This document shows, one piece after another, positions 40,449-49,671 of a stretch of DNA of 64,000 nt (the stretch's first letter is position 1; each line of letters starts with the position of its first letter). The position numbers were made by a program, and so were the translations under genes. This DNA is from a virus. The notes below the pieces were generated by a model, which ran no database searches, was not told the origin of the DNA, and saw nothing but the letters and a program-made list of their open reading frames with translations. The DNA lies in the IMG/VR virus record IMGVR_UViG_3300028197_001221, positions 61,942 to 125,941 of that record. The stretch is one strand, 5' to 3'.

Positions 40449-43400
40449 TCAATCTATTGGAAATTCAGGGGGTGTCGCGGTGGTTGTCGTCGTCGTTGCT
40501 GGGCCTAGAAGGCTCGCCACCGTAATCTCATCTCCTCCATCACCGCTATCTAATTCATCATCTGCATCATAGTTTGTGAACCTATCCAACCCTATAAATG
40601 TAGCCCTCGCAACACTGTTGGTTCCCGGCTCCATATGAAAACGAATTCCAAAAGGCAACTTTTTTCCTCTCAACTCAGGTAGATTATCCATCGTTGGTAT
40701 GGGATCAGTACTTTTGAAAGGCGAATATTCACTAGAAGCAAGCAGTATATCAGCTTTGGGGACGAAATCATAAGTTCCATCTGGCATTATAGCACGAGTA
40801 GTTCTATTTGTAATTCGATTGCATCTATAAATTGCTCTCACCCGAAACTTATATTGGTAGCTATATTCAGCTTCGATGGCTTCGGTAATACCTACGGGGT
40901 TGTCTTCTGGAGCATCGGGCAAATAAAGTGTCTCCGTCGCGGATGGATCTGTTTCAACAAAATCTAATGCACCGTAATTCCCACCGAGATTAAGTTCCAA
41001 AGAAAGTCCATTCCTATATTTTACACCGTCCCTACCCTTGATGACGCTGGCGTTGTAACCCAAGTCACCATCACTATTCGCTTCAGGACTGCCGCCGTCG
41101 CCTATAAGTAAATCTATTTCTTTTCTAACACCATCAACTTCTATGTCCTCAGTTGGAATTCTATCGTCATCCGTTATTTTGAACCAGTGATGCCATCCAG
41201 TTTCATCTGCTTTGTTAGATATCCATTGAAATTCATAACCAAAAAGTTCATATTTATCATCACCATAAATCTCATACCTCTGTCGAGTTTCTTCTGGTTT
41301 AAACGCATGAGCCATGTACCACTCAGAATCTGTATAGTCATAAATAATTTCTGTTTTCTCTGGCACACTCCAACTCATCATTGGTAGGTTGTTGGCTTCT
41401 AATTGTGCGTAGACAGTCTGGTTATAGCAACAAGTAGGAGCTATGTGTTCTAAACTTCCTATTCTTGAATAGTTCAATTGAGAAGGTGTCGCCGTTAACC
41501 TTGCTGATAGGAATTGAGTTCCCTCTTCTGCCCCATTACATTCGCTTGGGACATATATTTCACTCGAAAAAGTTGAGGTACGACCTACGGTGGTGGAAGT
41601 GCCATCAATCGATGCACTTAAACTATATCTTTTATTAACAACATCATAGGTAGGCTCCCAAGCGTTCTCTCCCGTATTTGGATCTTGTCTTGGTGGACAA
41701 ACATTATCGAATGTTAAGTAATTGCCTATAACACTAACGCTAAGGGTAAAACTTTCTAGGTGTAGGGAGGGAGACCCAAGGATTGAAATTGTGTCAAAAC
41801 TATCAAAGTCTGCTCTAGTTTCTTTCACCATATACAACTCTCCAGCTCCTGTACTATCAACGCTAACGTCTTTCGACTCATACTCTTCTGGAAGAATAGC
41901 ATTAGAATATTGAGCGCGTGTCAGATCGGAATAAGTAAATACTTTTGTTTCAGGACTTTCTCTATTTTCCCAACCCTGTCCTCGATGAACATTTACACCA
42001 GCTATCTGCCATTGTAGCTCTACATTAGAATATTGTAATAAATCAGGAGTCCAGTTGTTCCAAAAATTGTTCCTGTTTGCGAAAACAGAAGTACCAGATC
42101 GCGTGATACGCCCCCTCATTCCCGGCGGCATAGTGCCATATTGTTGGACAGATATAAAATAATGATAGTCCCCGTTCCAAAAGCGATCACCATCATCGTT
42201 TGTAGGAGCTTGCGTAGTAGTAGTTATATTTGTTGGCTGATCAATATGAGAAGAACCGTATGTCATAGTGGTTCTAGCGTCAGGAATTGTTCCAAACGTA
42301 GTTGCGCAAGCAACTTCAGTTCCACCCACATACGCTTTATCTGCCCAAAAATATTTTTTTGCTTCAGTGTTTCCAAAAAGTCCGATTTGCGGTCCTACTT
42401 CAACTTTAATCACATTGCCCCTAGGATATTTTACTAGATGGTAAGGATTTGTATCTGGAGGAATTGTTGTGCTTGTGGTGGTAGCTGTAGTAGAAACACT
42501 CACAGTAGTAACAGCTGGAGCAGTAGTTTGTAAAGGCTCTAAAAATTCATAGTCTGGTATTCTATATCTAATATCACTCTTCCTACCCTTACCAGTTCTT
42601 GGCACACAAGCTCCTTGTATGTTACAGACAACAGAAGATGTATCATGAATATATAAATTATCTGGCGGTAATCTTAAAGGTGGAACTTCTGGTGGGGGTT
42701 CTGTAGTTACAACTAAAATATCTTTAATATTTATAATCCCACCATAACCAATACCAGCAGCAGAGTCATAGTACAATATATCGGGAGTATCGTTAGACAC
42801 TGTGAAGTATATAAAACCATACTCTGATCCAGCTGCACCAAAGTAATCAACACCTTGAGAATATGGTGATAGTCCAAGATTTAAAAGAGGAGATTTATTT
42901 TTTTTTCTTTCATAAAACCTAAGAGGTTGTTCTGCATTAGACTCATCTCTTAAGTCAAAAATATAACTTTTACCTCTATAAAGATTTAAGGTAGGTGTAG
43001 TTATATCTCTAATATAAAATGCATCACGATTACCAGAACTAACATTTGCATTTTTAATAATGATATCATGTATTATGCTGTCAGCACGAAAATTGAATTG
43101 AAGCAGTCTTCTCAAATCCATTATTTTGTCAGGAGCAGCTCCAAAGACTTGAATTGAATCAGGCAAGGTCCAAGTATCACCATTATTAGGAATAACAGCG
43201 TTTGCCGTAGGTATTTCAACTGGCGTGATATTAACTGGCGTGGTGTCAACTGGCGTGGGTGTTTGCGTGGTAGTAACACCGGATTCAGTAGTTGTTATAT
43301 TTGCAGGCTGAGTAGTAGTGGTGGCTTGAGTAGTAGTAGTGGCTTGAGTAGTAGTAGTGGCTTGAGTAGTAGTAGTGGCTTGAGTAGTAGTAGTGGCTTG

Positions 43401-43769
43401 AGTAGTAGTGGTTTGAGTTGTTGGTACATCTTGAGTGGTAGTAGTCTGCGTGGTTGTAGCAACGCTACCAGCAACACTAATATTTCCCCGCATACTAGTA
43501 GAGTGGACTGTACACTTATATACATACATCCCACCAGAAGAAACATTCCAAGTGTACGTACCAGAAGTATAATCTCCAAAAACAGAAGAGCTGCCCTGCT
43601 CAATTCTAAAGGGATGACCAGCATTATTAAAAGTAAAGTTTACAACGTCTCCAACATCAAATGTCAAACTTGGATCATTGCTTGAATTTAAAGCTCCACC
43701 GGAGTGGCTTCCATTAAATACAAAGCTAGAAAAGCCATTGTTGGTTATAGTTATGTTATAAGTAGCCAT
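40449..43769 (-). CDS. Large virion protein with N-terminal cupredoxin-like domain and mucin-like TTTTQA repeats
   Basis: GHPFRI...YVYKCTVHSTSMRG; Thr-rich stalk. Confidence 0.8.
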   Translation of the reverse strand: MATYNITITNNGFSSFVFNGSHSGGALNSSNDPSLTFDVGDVVNFTFNNAGHPFRIEQGSSSVFGDYTSGTYTWNVSSGGMYVYKCTVHSTSMRGNISVAGSVATTTQTTTTQDVPTTQTTTTQATTTTQATTTTQATTTTQATTTTQATTTTQPANITTTESGVTTTQTPTPVDTTPVNITPVEIPTANAVIPNNGDTWTLPDSIQVFGAAPDKIMDLRRLLQFNFRADSIIHDIIIKNANVSSGNRDAFYIRDITTPTLNLYRGKSYIFDLRDESNAEQPLRFYERKKNKSPLLNLGLSPYSQGVDYFGAAGSEYGFIYFTVSNDTPDILYYDSAAGIGYGGIINIKDILVVTTEPPPEVPPLRLPPDNLYIHDTSSVVCNIQGACVPRTGKGRKSDIRYRIPDYEFLEPLQTTAPAVTTVSVSTTATTTSTTIPPDTNPYHLVKYPRGNVIKVEVGPQIGLFGNTEAKKYFWADKAYVGGTEVACATTFGTIPDARTTMTYGSSHIDQPTNITTTTQAPTNDDGDRFWNGDYHYFISVQQYGTMPPGMRGRITRSGTSVFANRNNFWNNWTPDLLQYSNVELQWQIAGVNVHRGQGWENRESPETKVFTYSDLTRAQYSNAILPEEYESKDVSVDSTGAGELYMVKETRADFDSFDTISILGSPSLHLESFTLSVSVIGNYLTFDNVCPPRQDPNTGENAWEPTYDVVNKRYSLSASIDGTSTTVGRTSTFSSEIYVPSECNGAEEGTQFLSARLTATPSQLNYSRIGSLEHIAPTCCYNQTVYAQLEANNLPMMSWSVPEKTEIIYDYTDSEWYMAHAFKPEETRQRYEIYGDDKYELFGYEFQWISNKADETGWHHWFKITDDDRIPTEDIEVDGVRKEIDLLIGDGGSPEANSDGDLGYNASVIKGRDGVKYRNGLSLELNLGGNYGALDFVETDPSATETLYLPDAPEDNPVGITEAIEAEYSYQYKFRVRAIYRCNRITNRTTRAIMPDGTYDFVPKADILLASSEYSPFKSTDPIPTMDNLPELRGKKLPFGIRFHMEPGTNSVARATFIGLDRFTNYDADDELDSGDGGDEITVASLLGPATTTTTTATPPEFPID
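43323..43412. repeat. 18-bp tandem repeat (GGCTTGAGTAGTAGTAGT x4 plus one near copy) encoding TTTTQA
   Basis: Units start at 43323, 43341, 43359, 43377 and 43395, with degenerate flanks. Confidence 0.95.
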
Positions 43770-43795
43770 TTTTTAAAATCCTAGAATAATCCTCA

Positions 43796-46700
43796 CTAAA
43801 ATGGAATAGATACAAATATTGGCCTATACTCCCCATTTATATTTATAGCAATAACAAAGTCATCTTTTTCTATTCTTAAGTATGGATCTCTGTTTGTAAT
43901 AATTACAGCGTCACTATCAACCCATGAACCACTTGCATTTTTAATTTTTCTAGTAATTCTTCCAGTACTAGGATTTGATGGACTTGTGGCAACATTAATC
44001 TGTCCGTCAGCAAAACCTTCCACGTATAGATTGTTTAAGGTTGAGTCGAGAGCATCTAGTTCATCTCTTTGAGTGGCTATTTTATTAGCATTGCTTAGAG
44101 TTCTGCTAGTGTTCTCCGTAGCTGTATCAACAACAACGTTCCAAGAAGATTCAGTAATTGTAGATTCACCAAGTTGAATACTACCTTCTACTTTGAGATT
44201 ACCTTTGGCTTCAAGAACTGTTATTCCACCCGATTTGAATGTAGCTACAGTATCACCCTGAACATTAATATCAAAGTCTTGATTAGAGGAGTTAGAAGAA
44301 TGAGGTATATAATTTAAAGATCCAAAGTGCGGCTCAATCTCTATCTTATTAATTGAATTCGGGAAAGCTGTGCCATTGGTAAGCGTGAGGGAAGAATCTT
44401 TTAAGTAAACCTTATTACAGGTTCCATAGGTAGTTATCATGTCTTTATGAATTTCTACAACATTATCAATTAATATATTTGAATTATGACTTGATGTAAA
44501 ACTAGGATCACCAACATTAGCTCCAATAATAATATTATTACTTCCTAAAGAACTAGCAAATCCAGCTCTATAGCCTATACAAACATTATTCTCAACAGAA
44601 CCTTGGGCAAATACTCCAGCTTCAGATCCTATGAATGTATTTTTATCTCCCGTTGAAATATTTTGAAATGCTTTGTAACCCATCGTTGTATTATCATTAG
44701 ATGAGGAAATTGAAGATCTAGCTAGAGGAGAATCTGTACCAAGTAATGTGTTTTTACGCCCATCAGCAAAAGCTGTAACATCAGTTATAGTTCCAGCGCC
44801 ACCAGCTGTTGTAATTCCGTTCATAGCTAATTCAAAATAATTACCAGACGAATCCACAAAATTTATAACATTAGATTGCTGATCTCTATCTACTGGTCTA
44901 ACAAATATTTTTCCATACCCCTGATCACCGTTAGCATAGGATGAGTTTTCACATATTGACACAGCAGCTTGAGTATCCGATGGATTACCAATAGTCAACA
45001 TGGAATTAGGTTGACCGTTAGCGTATATACCAAATTTATTAGTAGAAGAAGTTGTTGCTTTTATAACATTTGTTCTACTACTTTCACCGTCGTAATACAT
45101 ATCTAAATTAAAATCATCAGCAGAATTATCATAAAATATATCTGCTCCATAGTCCAAACAATTAGATTGAGTAAGCAATTGAAGTGCAGATTTTGTAGTT
45201 GCTGAATTTTCGGCAGTAACTCTTAATATTGCATCTCCAGTAGCTCTTACATTAAGTATGGTATCAGGTGTCATGTATTGACCGTTAGTAAAATCGTTTA
45301 TTCCGACAGTACCATCGTTACCATGATTCATAACCATTAAAGTTCTGTTATTACCTTCTTTTTCTCCATGTATAATAAATCTGTCATATGTTTGACCGGC
45401 TTCTGGATTTAAAACGTTGTTGTCAACAGAGTCTACAGCCCAATAGCTTAATGTAAACTTGCCAGTACCTACTATGTCAAAATGTTGATTAATTCTTTGA
45501 GAAGTATATTGTGAGCCTAAATATCTTACGTCATAATCTGAATTATTAACAGCATATGGTGCGATGAATTCCACATGTTTATAGCCACTTATTTGTGGAA
45601 CAATGTTGCCCTCATCTCCATCTTCGTATAGTAGTTTTATAGAATCTTCATCTCCAAAACATATACTGTACGTTGGAGCGTGATCAGAATAACCAAGACC
45701 CAAGGAGGGAGCATCAGAGTTAAAATAACGATCTCTTAAAAATACTCCGATACCAGTTCTATCGTTTAACATGGCAACTGTATCTGAACTCAATAATCTG
45801 TCTGTTTTAATATGACAACCATTAGCAGTAGTTAAACTGACATTACTATACCAACTAGATCTAGTATACGGAGTGTCTACAGCTGGGTGTTTAATACTAT
45901 GGTCTTGAGGTCTGAATTGTAAATAATAATCTCTAGTATATCCAGCGGCAGAATCAGAAGAGTATATGTTTAAGCCAGCTCCAGCTAACTCTTCATCATT
46001 TAAATATCCAACAGGAGGTTCAATATTATCATCAGGATGATAATTTTCTTGAAGACTTCTAACACCACCACCATCTACAGTATCTATGTACCCCTTAGAA
46101 GCTAAGTATATTGTCTTGTGCAAATAGTGTGATTGTTCTATTGCTTCAAATTTATTAAACTTACTTAAGCCAGTTACATTTATATTATGAAAATTAGCAC
46201 TCAAAAATGGGTATTCTGCACTTCCCATCTTGCTATGCAGAGCAACTTGTGGAATTATATTTTCAGAAACTGATATACCCTGATTAACTGTTAACGATCC
46301 ATCAGTATCTATGCTTCCACTTACTGTAAGGTTTTCATCAACAATTAAAGACTTAGCTAAATGAAGTCCTCCAGTTGTATCTAAGTCGCCTTCAAAATTA
46401 GCAGCACCAGTGATATCAAAAGAGTCAGACAAACTATTATATCTAATATAGTTATTGTCTCCAAAGAACACAGAGTCATTAAGGAATAAATTTTTAAATT
46501 TATAAGTAAAACTTCCAAGGCTATACGTATAGTCTGAAGTTTGATCAGTGTGTATACTGCCACCCACTTGTAGAGCTGCCCCAGTATGTAAATCAGAAAC
46601 AGCTATACCAACTCTTAGTCTTGTGCTATTTAAATCGCCTTGTATTAGAGGAACAAGACCTTCACCGTCTGAGTTGCTACATATATAATCTTTATCAACA

Positions 46701-47233
46701 TTGTGAGAAGCTATAAAAAGTTTACTACTATCATCTTTATCAATGTAATATCCAGCGCCATGACCAATCGCTATATTTAGATTACCAGTTTTATTATTAT
46801 GTATACTGTAATTTCCAACACCAACATTTCCATACCCAACAGTATTAGCTGCAACAGCATTAAAACCTAAACCAACATTATTGTGACCATGAATATTGCA
46901 ATTAAGAGATTGTGAACCTAAAGCTGTGTTGGCATATCCTGAAAAGTTTTTATTTAAGCTAGAGTATCCAACAGCTGTATTGTCAACGCTGGTATAGCCA
47001 TCTATACCTCTGCGTAAATTTTCTAGAGTAAAATCGCCAAACCGTGTAGTGCGACTGCCAGAAGCTGTGTCTACGTTTGTAGACTTTAAGGGTTGAAACT
47101 CTGTTAAGAGATGTAGAGAGTCTATTAAATCTAATAGATTATGACGTATATCATTTGGGCTAATTGAGCCTTTAGAATTATCAGATATCTCTGCTTTTAT
47201 ATTATCTACAAGATTTGGCTTAGATATAATCAT
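43796..47233 (-). CDS. Fibre protein with YadA/Hep_Hag-like NxxxG repeats
   Basis: Two blocks of NTAVG/NTALG/NVGLG/NIAIG repeats; coiled coil near the C-terminus. Confidence 0.75.
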   Translation of the reverse strand: MIISKPNLVDNIKAEISDNSKGSISPNDIRHNLLDLIDSLHLLTEFQPLKSTNVDTASGSRTTRFGDFTLENLRRGIDGYTSVDNTAVGYSSLNKNFSGYANTALGSQSLNCNIHGHNNVGLGFNAVAANTVGYGNVGVGNYSIHNNKTGNLNIAIGHGAGYYIDKDDSSKLFIASHNVDKDYICSNSDGEGLVPLIQGDLNSTRLRVGIAVSDLHTGAALQVGGSIHTDQTSDYTYSLGSFTYKFKNLFLNDSVFFGDNNYIRYNSLSDSFDITGAANFEGDLDTTGGLHLAKSLIVDENLTVSGSIDTDGSLTVNQGISVSENIIPQVALHSKMGSAEYPFLSANFHNINVTGLSKFNKFEAIEQSHYLHKTIYLASKGYIDTVDGGGVRSLQENYHPDDNIEPPVGYLNDEELAGAGLNIYSSDSAAGYTRDYYLQFRPQDHSIKHPAVDTPYTRSSWYSNVSLTTANGCHIKTDRLLSSDTVAMLNDRTGIGVFLRDRYFNSDAPSLGLGYSDHAPTYSICFGDEDSIKLLYEDGDEGNIVPQISGYKHVEFIAPYAVNNSDYDVRYLGSQYTSQRINQHFDIVGTGKFTLSYWAVDSVDNNVLNPEAGQTYDRFIIHGEKEGNNRTLMVMNHGNDGTVGINDFTNGQYMTPDTILNVRATGDAILRVTAENSATTKSALQLLTQSNCLDYGADIFYDNSADDFNLDMYYDGESSRTNVIKATTSSTNKFGIYANGQPNSMLTIGNPSDTQAAVSICENSSYANGDQGYGKIFVRPVDRDQQSNVINFVDSSGNYFELAMNGITTAGGAGTITDVTAFADGRKNTLLGTDSPLARSSISSSNDNTTMGYKAFQNISTGDKNTFIGSEAGVFAQGSVENNVCIGYRAGFASSLGSNNIIIGANVGDPSFTSSHNSNILIDNVVEIHKDMITTYGTCNKVYLKDSSLTLTNGTAFPNSINKIEIEPHFGSLNYIPHSSNSSNQDFDINVQGDTVATFKSGGITVLEAKGNLKVEGSIQLGESTITESSWNVVVDTATENTSRTLSNANKIATQRDELDALDSTLNNLYVEGFADGQINVATSPSNPSTGRITRKIKNASGSWVDSDAVIITNRDPYLRIEKDDFVIAININGEYRPIFVSIPF

Positions 47234-47266
47234 TATAAAGCCTTTGAAGGTGTAAGGTGACTAGGA

Positions 47267-48031
47267 TTATGTTAAGCTAATTTCTAGAGATCGTGTGTCA
47301 AATTTAATTTGATCTCCAGTATAAATAAATCTAGGGTTTCTAAGTTGAGCATACATTAAAAGATTACCCTCACCAAAGTTAGAACTATCTAAAATTGCTA
47401 TGCCAGAAACAAATCCCCAATCTCTAAATGCAGGTTCAAAAATAATTTGATTAGCATTTTTTATAAATCCATTACCTTCGTACAAAAGACTTCCACCGTC
47501 TTGAACTACTCCAGATGAAACACCCTGTCTAGGAGAATAAAAACTAACCCCTGAATATTCATCTTCAAACTTAAAAATATAATTCTGATCGTTACTGTCT
47601 AGTAATTTAGCTAAATTCTTAGCTGTAGTTGTTTGGTCAACGTCAGAGTCATTTGCTGGAAATAATGGATAGTAGTAGCCACTGCCAACGCTTTCTGCAA
47701 AAACATTACTATCGCCTTCAGCAAATCCAACAGAAGATGATTCTGGAATATATACTTGATAGGTAGTATTGTCATCTCTTCCAACAGCAAACCATCGGCT
47801 GTCTCCAACCTCAGACGGGCTTTGCAAACTCTGCCTTCCATAGTTAGTCGTGAAAGAAGATTCTCCGACAGTAATAGACGCAGGGATTTCAGGTATTGTA
47901 GATCCAGATTGATTGTCTTTGGCAACGTCAGACGTTAATGCAATACTTATATTAGTTGGTTTAGAAAAATTAGATTCTCTGAATATATGATTCAATATCT
48001 TTGTCTCAAGATAATCCGAAATAGCAGCCAT
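47267..48031 (-). CDS. Virion structural (fibre-anchor-like) protein
   Basis: SDYLETKILNHIFR...IAL...IIF.PA..DWG.V...AILDS...GNLL pattern; directly follows the major capsid gene. Confidence 0.65.
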   Translation of the reverse strand: MAAISDYLETKILNHIFRESNFSKPTNISIALTSDVAKDNQSGSTIPEIPASITVGESSFTTNYGRQSLQSPSEVGDSRWFAVGRDDNTTYQVYIPESSSVGFAEGDSNVFAESVGSGYYYPLFPANDSDVDQTTTAKNLAKLLDSNDQNYIFKFEDEYSGVSFYSPRQGVSSGVVQDGGSLLYEGNGFIKNANQIIFEPAFRDWGFVSGIAILDSSNFGEGNLLMYAQLRNPRFIYTGDQIKFDTRSLEISLT

Positions 48032-48079
48032 ATTTTTTCTCCCGTATATGTCCTACGTAGGTGGGGGTTTCTATTGATA

Positions 48080-48086
48080 TATACAC
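48080..48086 (-). promoter_or_regulatory. Putative late promoter GTGTATA abutting the capsid terminator
   Basis: TTTT-GTGTATA-TATCAAT. Confidence 0.65.
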
Positions 48087-48116
48087 AAAAAGCTGCCTCC
48101 GGTAACGAAGGCAGCT
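48087..48116 (-). terminator. Intrinsic terminator after the major capsid gene
   Basis: AGCTGCCTTCG-TTAC-CGGAGGCAGCT followed by a T run on the minus strand. Confidence 0.85.
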
Positions 48117-48145
48117 CAAATGTGCAGACATTATAGTTAATAGAA

Positions 48146-49174
48146 CTAGAATGATCCAAGAATGATTCTTCTATTATCTAGAACGCCAAAGCCAAGCTCT
48201 GACCAGCCATAATAGCCAGCTCTCTGCTGACGGTGCAACGTAGGATCTTCGTAGACCTGAAGCTGCTCCTTGACGGGCATTACAAAGCTGTCGTTGCTGG
48301 ACTGATCCAGACCTACGACAAGCTCAACGTCATTAGCAGAATGTCCACCACCAGATTGGGCGACATTTCCACTAAGATCAGAAGTGAAGAACGACTGATA
48401 CTCTTGACCTTCGCCAAGCTCATCAAGATCGTGAAGATTAACACCAAAGATGCGTGTGATAGGCGCACCATCTTCAGATGACGTATAAATTTCACGACGA
48501 GTTACTTCATCTACTTGATCGAGACCCCAGTTACGAACGTCTTCCAGAGCTTCTGGAGAAACATACATATCTGTAAGTCTTCCTCTACCAACAGAGGCGC
48601 TATTACCACCGGAATTACGGCGCATAACAGTCTGCATGAGGGAAACAAGTCTCTTACTGAAGAGACCAGATGTTGCATCGCCATCATAAACGAGAATGTT
48701 ACGGTCAACACCAGCTGCGAGCAGCGTGTGCCATCCGTCATCATTCATCTTCTTTACGAAGCCAGCTTCCATGACTTGCATGGCGCGACCAACAACATCC
48801 CAACGTGCTTCTTTAGCATATCGTAGAAGATAATCTACAGATGATGCAATGTTGTACGTTGGAATCATGACGTAATCGCTTTCAACCGCACGTTCTGGAA
48901 TTCTACCATGACCGGGATTGGTATAAGCGACATGTTCGCCTTCTAGACCGGGACTAATAAGATCGAGCGGAAACTCTGTAGTAGAGCCAGCTTCGACATT
49001 GATAGTCTCGAAAATATTTCCGAGGATGTTGCCAACAAGGACACCCTTACGGAGTGGAAGCTCAAGAGCTTTTGCAAACTCTCTTTGTGCAGCTTGCGCT
49101 ACGTTTACATCTGCATCCCCTGATTTACGGAGGAGACTGATGAATTCATCACTAGGTCTTTCATTAATAGGCAT
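48146..49174 (-). CDS. Major capsid protein (HK97 fold)
   Basis: 342 aa, strong RBS, follows protease/scaffold and decoration genes, followed by a terminator; C-terminal GYYGWSELGFGVLD. Confidence 0.88.
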   Translation of the reverse strand: MPINERPSDEFISLLRKSGDADVNVAQAAQREFAKALELPLRKGVLVGNILGNIFETINVEAGSTTEFPLDLISPGLEGEHVAYTNPGHGRIPERAVESDYVMIPTYNIASSVDYLLRYAKEARWDVVGRAMQVMEAGFVKKMNDDGWHTLLAAGVDRNILVYDGDATSGLFSKRLVSLMQTVMRRNSGGNSASVGRGRLTDMYVSPEALEDVRNWGLDQVDEVTRREIYTSSEDGAPITRIFGVNLHDLDELGEGQEYQSFFTSDLSGNVAQSGGGHSANDVELVVGLDQSSNDSFVMPVKEQLQVYEDPTLHRQQRAGYYGWSELGFGVLDNRRIILGSF

Positions 49175-49200
49175 ATTATTTTTCTCCTTTAGTATGTTAT

Positions 49201-49653
49201 TCAGGGTAGGTTAACTTCGACTTTGGCATAACCGTCAGCGTCTTCTGCTGAAAGGAAAGCACCAACGACATTTGTTCCACTTGTGGCAACGTTGCCAGCA
49301 GTGGTTTCACACTGATAAGCTACATCTCCAGCAGCTGGGGTTCCAGTGACATTACTAGTTACAACGTAACCCTTGCGGAGTACAGTAACTTTACCACCCT
49401 TTTGTACTTCATCCTTATATTGATTAAGATGAGTACGAGTAAGGTCTTTATCAACTACATCATTCAACAAGATGCCAAGCACCTTTGCCGAACTAGAGGC
49501 TGATTTTGCGCAAAGATTTGCGCCCTGATCCATAGCTGCGCCAGTACCAGCTGTACCGCCGTGACATACAACACAACCGCGAGTAGTCGCAGCAGCATTG
49601 TAGAAAAAGCTAATGTCAGTTTGAAGTTCATATCTATCTGATTTTAGAGCCAT
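49201..49653 (-). CDS. Capsid decoration/cement protein
   Basis: 150 aa, GKVTVLRKGYVVT...GAFLS...DGYAKVEVNLP, located between scaffold and capsid genes. Confidence 0.75.
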   Translation of the reverse strand: MALKSDRYELQTDISFFYNAAATTRGCVVCHGGTAGTGAAMDQGANLCAKSASSSAKVLGILLNDVVDKDLTRTHLNQYKDEVQKGGKVTVLRKGYVVTSNVTGTPAAGDVAYQCETTAGNVATSGTNVVGAFLSAEDADGYAKVEVNLP

Positions 49654-49671
49654 GTTTGTATCTCCTTTAAA

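Noticed and set aside
43263-43685. ORFs with SSSSGL or LLLLKP repeats; possible CRISPR array
   Set aside because: Alternative frames of the 18-bp TTTTQA coding repeat; units are contiguous with no spacers, so not CRISPR
10664-47233. Diversity-generating retroelement or invertible fibre shufflon
   Set aside because: No reverse transcriptase, recombinase or near-identical template/variable repeat pair seen; paralogy is visible only at the protein level
48039-48050. 11/12 complementarity to 7240-7251
   Set aside because: 41 kb apart, and the 7240 segment has a better local partner at 7206-7220; likely chance
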